64,000 nucleotides of DNA, from NCBI GenBank assembly GCA_951406725.2, contig OX597817.1, forward strand, positions 147,622,001-147,686,000. The letters run 5' to 3'. Below, one piece after another: positions 54,000-64,000 of the stretch. Numbering within the stretch: position 1 is the first letter of the stretch; each line of letters begins with the position of its first letter. The notes under the pieces are model-generated. The model did no database searches and had not been told where the DNA came from. It saw only the letters and a list, made by a program, of their open reading frames with translations. Source of the stretch: Octopus vulgaris (Eukaryota). A program made the position numbers and the translations under genes.

Positions 54000-54551
54000 T
54001 GATTTTTTTATTCACCATACGGTTTTACACTGAGCGGACACTACAACACATCAAAAAAATAATCCTATGATGATATGAGAAAAAGGGTGAAAATGAGAGA
54101 TGACAGTGATGTTAACTGCCCCATTTACTTGTCCTTTTTCCTATTTCACTGCGAAAATCACAAAGTCCCTAAATTTTATCTCATTTTTCGAGTTCATCCC
54201 TTTTTTCCTGTGCCAATATTCCTCTTATCAACATATATACATCATCAAGTTCCTTTTAAAGTTCCTCCTCCTGAGTTTTCGATAATACTACTTCCAATCA
54301 CTCATGCCAGCTATCTGGCATTTCTAACTTTCCCCAGATATTGAACCTTTCATATAAATACTCACTGTCTATTATACCAATACAAGAATGAGAGAAAGTT
54401 GTGGTGAAAGAGTACAGCGGGCTTCACCACTAACCCTCGCCGGAGCCTCGTGGAGGTTAGGTGTATTTGCTCAATAAACAATCACAATGCCCGAAACCGC
54501 GTTCTTAAGACCGCGAGTTTGCTTCCCTAACCACTGGGCCATTGCACCTCC
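54000..54551 (-). mobile_element. Chimeric retroposon: SINE family C head plus ~385-nt unrelated tail, with TSD
   Basis: aggtgattctactcta at 53984-53999 and 54552-54567. Head at 54385-54551. The minus-strand 3' end is gaataaaaaaatca. Confidence 0.8.
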
Positions 54552-56249
54552 AGGTGATTCTACTCTAATTCAGTATTAAATTCTAAATGCATTTCCCCTT
54601 TTCCATGATAGTTTGTGAAATAAATGAAGTGAAATGTCTTTTAAAAATTATCGTCGTCTCAGTCTTGTTGCAGATCACGTTCTACGTATTTTCCCCACAT
54701 TTTTCTATAAGCTTGCATGCAGGTTTTCTTTATCAGGTCGCCTTAGGGAAACAATGAATGCGTGCGATCTAATCGTCAGGGTGTTGCACTCATGATGAGG
54801 AAGATTGTGATTTCGTTTCCCGCACAGGAAAATGCGCAGTGTACATGAGCAAAACACTTCATTACACGTTTTCCCAGTATCGATGGCCAACCTGCGACTG
54901 ACTGGTTTTTCTTTCATGAATTCTTATTTACAAACAAGATTAACTGTCCCTATATGACCGAATAACTGACCCTATATGACTAGTACTTTAAATAAACGCA
55001 CTATTTCAAGCAAAGAACGTTTCAAAATGAGTAATAATATTAATAATATATGTAAATGACCAGTATAAATTGTTCTACGTCTAATAGTGTTTATAGTTTT
55101 ATGAAAATACTTAGTTTCAAGAGTAGGAAAAAGATTCTAATCAATATTGATAAAGTTAAAGTTATTTTCAATGTCACGATGACATAAGAATTAATTTTCG
55201 TCCTTATTTAAAATAAATAAATAAATATTTCACGTGAAGTAACCCTTCATTGGTATTTTCGTATTTGTGCCAAAACTTTTCAGGCTTTTTTAGGTTTTTG
55301 CCAAATGCAACAACGTAGCCATTTTGTTCCAAAGTTACCAGTTTTCCTGGCGACTTGCCTGCAAATTAACAACACATTTCTTTTTATTATCATGGTATAA
55401 ACAAACTAAAAGAAAATACCATTAATATATAAATTAAGGCAATAATACCGAATAGAACGCACACGTTGGCATATTCTTTGAGATACCATTTCCCAGATCA
55501 CCAATATTATGTTTTCTAATTAAACAATTTATTTTTATGTTTATATTATATATTATTAATGAAAAAAAAAAGAAAAAAATACAAGCTGTATTACAGAACC
55601 TGAACGGATGGTTCAAACTGTATTTTAATTTTGTTTCTAAATTGCTTGTATTTAACGTTAGTCATAGTTTGTTTGCTTGGTTCAATATTTATTCTGTTTA
55701 ATTAATATATTTTCTATATTCTTCCACATGCTGCTATACAGTTAAGCACGTTCTCCATTCTCACTGCTACCAAGGAGATGGGACGAGGTAGTCAGACCAC
55801 ACCTAGTTCTTTCTTGTTAAGTCTGGCTTTTTATGAACATCACGTAGTTCGAATAAACTTCCTTCACGGCACAGATTAATATAGTTATCGGCCGACTTGG
55901 AACATGAACAGAAACAGCGAATTTGAGAAATAAGCATAAAATAACGTAATATTATAAGAATATGAAAAAGAAATTTGTGAAAGAGTAGAGCATGAAACAT
56001 GACGACTCACTATTTTTGTGTGTGTATATCGTAAGCAGTTAAGGTGATGCATTATACAGATTTATGCAGGGTTTGGCACGACATGGAAATTTCGAAAGGC
56101 AATAAATAGTAAGGCAGCGAATTGGTTAGCACGCCGGACAAAATAGTTAGCGCCATTTCGTCCGGCTTTATATTCTGAGTTCAAATCTGTCTTTTATCCT
56201 TTCGCTGTCGAAAAAATAAATGTTAGTTGAGCTGTGAGAGTGGGGTTCA

Positions 56250-56332
56250 GCGAAGGTAAAGAATACGCACACCCGATGTTTAGGGTGAGGATTACGCCGA
56301 ACACGGATGGTGTGCATATTCTTTACCTCCGC
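56250..56332. repeat. Imperfect ~83-nt hairpin inserted in an old SINE-A (about 56110-56400)
   Basis: gcgaaggtaaagaatacgcacacc...ggtgtgcatattctttacctccgc. Confidence 0.8.
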
Positions 56333-56689
56333 AGGGAAGCCAATGTATTCAACTTACTGAGACCCCGAACTTGCTGGCCTTGTGCCAAAATTTGAAACCA
56401 ATAGTTCTATTGTTTTGCCGGATTGTATTATCTCCAATATATTAGTAATTATTACAATAAGTTAGTAGACATTCCAACAGCCGATCGAAAAGACTCGTTT
56501 TTATTATCGGCATAAAGTCTTAAACATAGAGGGGACACTACGAGGACAGACAACACAAACGTGGGGTACATATAATGATAAACGAATGATTTATAAGATG
56601 AGAAAAATTACTGATAATGAAAATGGATTTCTACCCCTCTCCCCAAAGTAGAAAGTTGCATTTTACTGTTTTTACTGTTCAGTTTGTAT

Positions 56690-56722
<33 letters not shown>

Positions 56723-56724
<2 letters not shown>

Positions 56725-57083
56725 ACAATTGAGGGTAAAATTAATTAGTTATTAATCAATTTCACCAAGTAGTGTTCAGTATGTAAAAGGACCATTTAAG
56801 GCGAATTCAAAATATTATATTATATAATTAGGGCTTAGTAAAGTAAATTACTTTGCCACATACTGAACTTTCTAGAAATAGCAGCCAAAAAGTTTTTTAG
56901 CCATTTCCACCACTTTAAGAAAATTTCTCTCAGATAATGTCTACTCATAAATAACTCACGAAGGTATGGAGGTAAAAACAGAAAAATATCACAAGTACAA
57001 AGATCATTTGAGAACGTTAACGTTTCTAGATTAGCCAAATAAACTCAGCATTTCTTTCGTCAGCTCAACATTTCTTAATTTGG

Positions 57084-57087
<4 letters not shown>
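56723..57087 (-). mobile_element. PLE pseudo-LTR-like insert between two (TA)n arrays
   Basis: Bounded by (TA)n at 56693-56722 and 57088-57120, with a hammerhead at its 5' end. Confidence 0.7.
57008..57068 (-). ncRNA. Hammerhead ribozyme with intact core and palindromic stem III
   Basis: ttgag-CTGACGA-(imperfect stem II)-GAAA-CGTTAACG-TT-ctcaa. 5-bp stem I, GUU triplet. Confidence 0.85.
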
Positions 57088-57120
<33 letters not shown>

Positions 57121-57122
<2 letters not shown>

Positions 57123-58060
57123 AAAACTCGTCATGTCTTCAAAAGTTATCAAAGGTGCTAATTCGTCGAATCGAACCCGCAATTCTGTATTATCTATCCT
57201 ACTTCTGAATATCTCTTTCAGTCTGGCTGCTTTTTCATCATCTAATAATACTGCTTTCGGGTTTCGATTCACCGCTTTATCTCCTAGTTTCACTCTAATA
57301 ACTCACTTCATTCTTGCTATCCGTTTTTCAATGTCTACACTTTTCTCGTATCTCACCAATATACCTTCGTGTTTTTCTTTACGTGGCCTTCTTTCAACAT
57401 TCTCTGTCATTACTGCTGTTTCTGCAATCAGTTCTTCCAGTGACTTCCGTCCTTCATCCACCTTACTTGTTGACGGGTCCGGCCTTCTTTCAACATTCTC
57501 TGTCATTATTGCTGTTTCTGCTATCAGATCTACCAGTTCTTCACGTCCTTCCTCCTTACTTGTGGACGGCTCCGGTCCTTGTATTTGTTCTATCGTTACT
57601 TCAACTTTTCTTTTTCCCTTTTTCTCTGATTTTCTTTTCTTTTTTGGCGGAGACTCACTATTTCCTCTCTTGTCGTCATCGGACAACTCTACTTCCTTCT
57701 CCGCTATTTCATTTACGTTTTCCGAACTTTCTTTCTCCACCACCTCCTGTTCCTGTTTCTGGGAACAACTTGCCTTTATATGCCACTTTACTCCACATTG
57801 GAAGCATAGTGGTGGTCTCCCCTCTACCATGACTCTCAGTCTGGTCTCGTCGGACAGTATTTTCTCCTCTGTCTTTTTGTGGATGTCAGGTAGGCTTAGA
57901 AGTACCATCTCTTCGAGGCCAAACCACCACCAGTTGATCTCCGCTGTCTTGGATATCTTCAATATCTCCACTCTCTCCTCTACCTTGTAGAGGATGGCTG
58001 CCACAAACCAGTCTTTGATTATTTCTGGTGGCACTCTCCTTATTCTTACTCTGGCCGCCG
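57121..58060 (-). pseudogene. L1/Tx1-like ORF1 (gag-like CCHC zinc knuckle), 5'-truncated
   Basis: ORF 57303-58034 has RVMVEGRPPLCFQCGVKWHIKASC (CX2CX4HX4C), a K-rich patch and a 96-bp internal duplication (ETAxMTENVERRP x2). It continues past one stop to (TA)n. Confidence 0.8.
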
Positions 58061-58092
58061 AGCGAAAAGACTAGGAGCGAATAAAGAGATAC

Positions 58093-58535
58093 TTATTTCG
58101 TTACTACCCACAAGGGGCTAAACATAGAGGGGGCAAACAAGGACAAACAAACGGATTAAGTCGATTTTATCGACCCCAGTGCGTAACTGGTACTTATTTA
58201 ATCGACCCCGAAAGGATGAAAGGCAAAGTCGACCTCGGCGGAATTTGAACTCAGAACGTAGCGGCAGACGAAGTACTGCTAAGCATTTCGTCCGGCGTGC
58301 TAACAATATTATGCTTGATTTAAGGCGGCGAGCTAGCAGAAACGTTAGTATGCCGGACGAAATGCTTAGGAGTATTTCGTCTGCCGCTACGTTCTGAGTT
58401 CAAATTCCGCCGTGTTCGACTTTGCCTTTCATCCTTTCGGGGTCGAAATATTAAGTACCAGTTGCGTACTGGGGTTGATCTAATCAACAGGCACATTCCC
58501 CCAAAATTGCGGGCTTTGTGCCTAGAGTAGAAAAT
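58093..58535. mobile_element. Two SINE family A copies head to head (- 58093-58307, + 58322-58535)
   Basis: Family A motifs in divergent orientation, forming an inverted repeat. Confidence 0.88.
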
Positions 58536-59775
58536 AATATACAGCTTTATTGTTGATGTGTGTTCTACAGCTTAATTATCTACAGTTACACCTAAGTCTG
58601 TAATGATATTTCACGCTACGTAAAGTTCCCCGAAGCAGAGTATGGCTGTTTAAGTATATCCTCTTTTCAATGTCTGGCAGCATGTTGGTTTCTTTCGCCG
58701 ATTTAATTTCTTTGCACAGATCCCATTTGAGCTCTGTTTCGTCGCACATTTGCTTGATAACTCTCTGGATATCATAACCATATTCAAAGATATTTCCTGG
58801 TATTTTCAGTGTAAGTTATGTAAATTATAAAGAGAAGTTAGACTCATACAGTAATCCTAGTGTCATCCCTTATGACTTTTGCCGGACTTGATCAGACTCC
58901 ACCGATTACAGCAAATCTGGATTCTGTTTGCCTGGAAACATTTAATCCACGGCCGTGGTTTTTCACGACATCCAGTGTTGGATAGATTTTCCAAAAGTAT
59001 GAATTTGTCGAATCTCTTGAACACTAATGGCATCACGTTAAATGGCATCTCTATTGGCGCATTCTCTCAGAGCCCTTAACATATAAGCTCAATGCAAGTG
59101 TTGGCTGGTGCAGTCTCTGTCTCTAACAATATGAACATTAGCAATTAAGGTGATTTCTATCAAGGTAACTATTTTTCGTCATCTTACCATAATCTCAAAT
59201 ACTTTACTTATGTGAAAGGTTAATAATATCGAACAGTAAACCGCAACGAGAGACTTATTTTGTTTTTTTAGAAAATGATATCATACTGGAATTTTAACAA
59301 GCCAGAGGAGACGAAAATTAATTCCTGCTCCCTTTCGGGACACTAATAGAGGACTCACCAAGGCCCGCAGCTGTGTTACAATGCTGTCTGCTGCGCCTAA
59401 AATTACATGTGGGACGTTACACCCAGAATACACTTAAAAAGTAAATCGACTGCATCGCGACCTCTGAAACCAACAGGATTTCTTCTGTAGAATATTTATA
59501 ATACCTTTGGAATCGATATGGTGAATGTTGTTTCCATCGATCCGTGGACTGATTGATGGTTCTATACAGGTTTCTGAATGAATAAAACACTTTAAGAATG
59601 CGTGTAATTCACTAAAACGTCTTAGTCGGCTCGCTTTCTTTGGTCACTAAGGAAAGGCCTCACACAGTTCAGAACTTGTTTGGGTTTGTACATGTGTACA
59701 TTCACAGACGTGGATATATAAATATGTGTGTGTTTGTATATGTGCGTGTGTGTTGTGTGTGTTTAGGAAACTTTG

Positions 59776-59836
<61 letters not shown>

Positions 59837-60201
59837 ACATGTAAGAGGTAAATGTATCGTCAAAAAGACAAGCCCATTTTGTTAAAAAGTCGGTCATGTA
59901 AAAGAACTAATTGCACTCGGTTTGATGAACATTCCAATAAAGCATTCCTGTTACAGAACAATACTGAGGGATTTATAAATTTTTGGCGAGAATTCCAATA
60001 GATACACATTTTCTATTCACATGTGTCCATAAAAGTTTCACACTATACGGGCGCTCGCACAAATACAGACAAAGGCAATGTGTCCAGGCAACACTTCACT
60101 CATATAAAAATATTTACATGTGTACAAATACACACGCACGCACACACACACACACACACTCAAACATACATACATATGTGTGTTGTGTGCGTATACATAT
60201 A

Positions 60202-60426
60202 CAATAATCTCTCGACTATCGCGGGTGTTACATTCCAAACCCCCATCCCCGCGATAGGTGAAATTCTGCGAAATAGAAACAGTAGTGCAGTATATATTTT
60301 TTACTATTTCTTAAAATTTGTATATATCTATTTTATCATAAATGCAAAACAACACTACAGAGGAATGGGTGTAAGCTTAAATAATAAACCGCGATAGGTG
60401 AACCGCGATATGACGAGGAATTACTG
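60202..60426 (+). mobile_element. pogo/Tigger-like MITE
   Basis: TA|caataatctctcg ... cgaggaattactg, with internal cgcgataggtgaa repeats. Homologous to 18914-19597. Confidence 0.75.
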
Positions 60427-60429
60427 TGT

Positions 60430-60722
<293 letters not shown>

Positions 60723-60766
60723 TGGCCGCAGCTCTGAGCTGAAACTTTAAAAATATATATATATAT

Positions 60767-60997
60767 GTTAGAAGTATTGGGGGTGATGTACAGATTTAAT
60801 ACATATTAAAGAAAAAAAGGTGTTCAGAATGCTGGATGGTTGTAAAAATATATATTTATTTACATATCACATAATATTTCTTCATATTAGCGCTTTCAAC
60901 TACTCCTGTAGTTTCATCTGATGAAACTACAGGAGTAGTTGAAATAGATATATATTTTTACAACCATCCAGCATTCTGAACACCTTTTTTCTTTCAT
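60767..60997 (-). mobile_element. Fold-back PLE-like fragment with the hammerhead core at the hairpin apex
   Basis: Inner arms 60894-60918 / 60920-60944, outer arms 60808-60861 / 60942-60994. Plus strand CTGATGA-aactac-agga-gtagtt-GAAA. The left arm on the minus strand continues GAAA-GCGC-TA. Abuts (TA)n. Confidence 0.8.
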
Positions 60998-61252
60998 AAG
61001 TATGTATATATACATGAAATTTTGGGAGAGGTGGCTAGTCGATTTCAAGGACTCCAATACGCAACTGGTACTGAATTTATTGACCCCGAAAGGATGAAAG
61101 GCTAGGACGACCTCGGCGGAATTTGAACTCCGAACGTAGCAACAGCGAAATACAGCTAAGCATTCCGTCCACCTGCTAACAATGCTGTCAACTCATCGCC
61201 TTTATATATATATAGATGCATACATACATACATACATACATACGTACATACA

Positions 61253-61284
<32 letters not shown>

Positions 61285-61308
61285 CATATATATATATATG
61301 TATATATA

Positions 61309-61492
61309 TATTTTATAGAAGGAGCTTCTACAGGACTAGAACTGTTTCATTCAAAAGAAATCATCAGGATGATTTCTTTTGAATGAAACAGTTCTAGTCC
61401 TGTAGAAGCTGCTTCTATAAAATAAATTATTTTACTCTGCTATGTATTGAGTACCTTATTTACTGTGGTTAACTCCGACTCAACCCGGGACC

Positions 61493-61495
<3 letters not shown>
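61309..61495. mobile_element. Fold-back PLE-like fragment (57-bp arms) with hammerhead at the apex and a 3' tail to (TA)n
   Basis: Arms 61309-61365 / 61368-61424. Minus strand CTGATGA-tttc-tttt-gaat-GAAA-CAG-ttctagtc-CTG-TA. Confidence 0.8.
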
Positions 61496-61524
<29 letters not shown>

Positions 61525-62149
61525 GCAATAATACTTAAGTGTTTGCAAGACCTGTATCTCCTGGGGCTAAAAGCTACAGTAACACCCACCCTTAGTGGTT
61601 AGCCATATTGAGATGGTTATTATACTTTACATATATATATATATATATAATACCATCACAAATATGTAGACAGCAACATGATAAACTCTCGCGTATGGAA
61701 GAGCCTCTTACTCCATATTATTTATAGACTTGAATCTCTGTGTGAAAGTGTGCGCTTATGATTGTATGTGTATGCGTGTGTGCGTGTTTGTGTGTGGAGT
61801 GGGACTGTTTCTTTCTTTATGAGTTCAACCGTGTTTATATTAGGCTGGGCATAGACATTGACGTGTCATATGATTGGGAAAACAATTAAAAGGCGGTCAT
61901 GCTTTTGAAATCATAACTTCTGGCAAAAACAACTAATACTTCATTTCCTCTCGAGATGAACACCGTTCCGCTTTTACCAATTGTCAGTTAAGTGTTGGGG
62001 TGGCGAGGTATTGTTTTTTTAATGGATGATTTCTTGACCACCGGCACCAACTGCAATTTCGTTCCCAAACAATTAGGGTTCAAACATCTAATTGCATTCA
62101 AATCGATCTATTATTTACAATATCATGGACGGATGCTGCAAATATGGAT

Positions 62150-62180
<31 letters not shown>

Positions 62181-62348
62181 CGTACATACATACATACACA
62201 TATACATACATACGCACATACAATTATATATTTAATAAGAGAAAGTGAGAGATAGCGATAGATAGGTAGAGAGTGATAGAGATAGATAGATAGAGAGAGA
62301 GAAAGAGAGACAGAAAGTGACATAGCTAGCTAGCAAGGTATATATGTG

Positions 62349-62384
<36 letters not shown>

Positions 62385-62655
62385 ATGTGTGAGAGCTGAA
62401 TGATTGATAGCGGAAATATTAGAGACCCTGTTTAATATTTGTCACTGATGTATTTGATTTCGAGGTGATTCTAGTTGCCAGACAATTAAGGGATATTTTT
62501 AGGGTCCGTCAGGAGAAGGACAGCATGTTGACGATGAATATAAAACGATCTAATTAACTTGTTCTGACCCTTTGAAAGGAAAACAATAAATGAAGTCTAA
62601 TTAGTCGTCGTCGTCGGAGGAGGAGGAGGAGGAGATAGCTGGATACTACTGAGCG

Positions 62656-62707
<52 letters not shown>

Positions 62708-62989
62708 ATACTCACTCAAGCACAAGTAATGTACTCATATATTATAGATCTTCTATTAAAGTGGATTGAATTTTTTTTCTGGTGTACAGAACCCAGCATG
62801 TGGTAATCGATAATGTTCGATGAAGCCCAGCAAGAGTCATCCCTGGGGTCCCAGAAGATCTGTATTAGGCCCACGCAGCTGCATTATTTGCATAAGGGAC
62901 AGTACTGACGTTATCAAACACAGTAATCTTAGAATTTTCGCGGTGACTCTCAGCTTCTAAATGTCATCGATAAAGTAGGAGACCGGGCC

Positions 62990-63505
62990 TTTTTCAACGA
63001 GAGTTCCGGACCCCAGTTGTGAATTCATTTGCATACAGCCAATCGAAGCCCAACTATCAAACTAATTTATGAGCGCATAACAAGTGATGGGCGATAAAAC
63101 AATGTCATTTGGGTAAGGAATGACCATGCTTCTTTTCTCTTTTAATGATGCTTCTTCGTCTTGTTTCAACCATGGCTGCCTCTGCGTAGTTATTTGTGTT
63201 GTTGTTTACTTTATAAAACAGTAAGGGGAGAGGGCTGCTAGCAAATCACCCTCTACCCACATTTTTCCCATCCACATCGTTACAATATGAGGCCTTAACA
63301 AAATCCGATAATAGGTATAGATGCAAATCTATCTAATAACTTGTCTCCTTATAAAATCAGGCATAACTTGGCGATCGGTCGTTCTTCATCTTGAGTTTAC
63401 TTGGTAGAACGTGTTTGTTAACTTGACAACAAGGTCAAGATGAGCTCTGATTGGCTGTATGCAAATGAGTTCATTAATGGGGTCCGGAACTCTCGTGGGA
63501 AAAAA
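62990..63505. mobile_element. Element with ~63-bp inverted repeats (MITE-like)
   Basis: acgagagttccggacccca..catttgcatacagccaatc (62998-63044) is inverted at 63449-63496. Confidence 0.7.
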
Positions 63506-63639
63506 TTTCGCGACCGTACTAATCTCGAATGGGATCTGCTCACTGTTATCTAATGCGCAAAAGATAATACAAACAGCTGAAAAAGAATAAGCTTGAATAA
63601 ATCCACTTTGGTGGAGAGGCTGCACTTAAGTTACCATAC

Positions 63640-63925
63640 ACACTTTCCAGGAATGAAAATCTCGTGATATCAAACACCGTTAGAGACCTGGGAGTAGTTG
63701 TCGACAACAACGTAAGCTGGAGTGCTCACATGACCCGCTCATATGACCCACATGGCGTGCTCTTGGATCCTCAGAACTTCTTGATTTAATGACGTTTCTT
63801 ATATTATCTTTCTCTTCTCTACCTTCCTCCGTCCTCACGTTGAATACAGCTGTCTTTGTTGCTTGTGGTCACCGTACACGAAACAAAATCTCAAAATTGA
63901 AGCAGCCCACAGATCAATCACACGC
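63640..63925 (+). pseudogene. CR1/L2-clade LINE RT C-terminal remnant
   Basis: VRDLGVVVDNNVSWSAHM, STFLRPHVEYSC and WSPYTKQNLKIEAAHRSITR. Confidence 0.8.
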
Positions 63926-64000
63926 ACCAGCGCGACCATGTACACATAACACACACACACATTTTCACACACGAAGACGATGTGGTTGGTCTTCATTATT

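Noticed and set aside
57133-57990. 285-aa plus-strand ORF, the longest in the track
   Set aside because: It is the antisense shadow of the purine-rich ORF1 on the minus strand, and is S/F/L-rich with no domain.
58640-59120. Coding-like composition on the minus strand
   Set aside because: Multiple stops and no recognisable motif, so it cannot be assigned without a search.

Overview
AT-rich, microsatellite-saturated eukaryotic DNA. The SINE families, mariner/hAT relics and repeat density look like a coleoid cephalopod (Octopus-like) genome; this is inference, not a database match. No intact host protein-coding gene is visible, and most ORF-track entries are translations of (TA)n/(CA)n/(TATC)n/(TAA)n repeats. 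The window holds three abundant tRNA-derived SINE families, Tc1/mariner, pogo, piggyBac, hAT and Helentron-like DNA elements, and L1/Tx1, R4/Dong, RTE and CR1 LINE fragments. The most notable signal is about a dozen short (100-750 bp) inserts sitting inside or against (TA)n or (AAT)n arrays. Most carry intact or decayed minimal hammerhead-ribozyme motifs (CUGANGA...GAAA-short or palindromic stem III-UH). Several are fold-back hairpins, two of which invert at the ribozyme core, and one retains a GIY-YIG-like C-terminus. This fits several lineages of microsatellite-targeting Penelope-like elements or retrozymes. SINE tail-swapping and SINE concatemers bounded by single TSDs are also visible.
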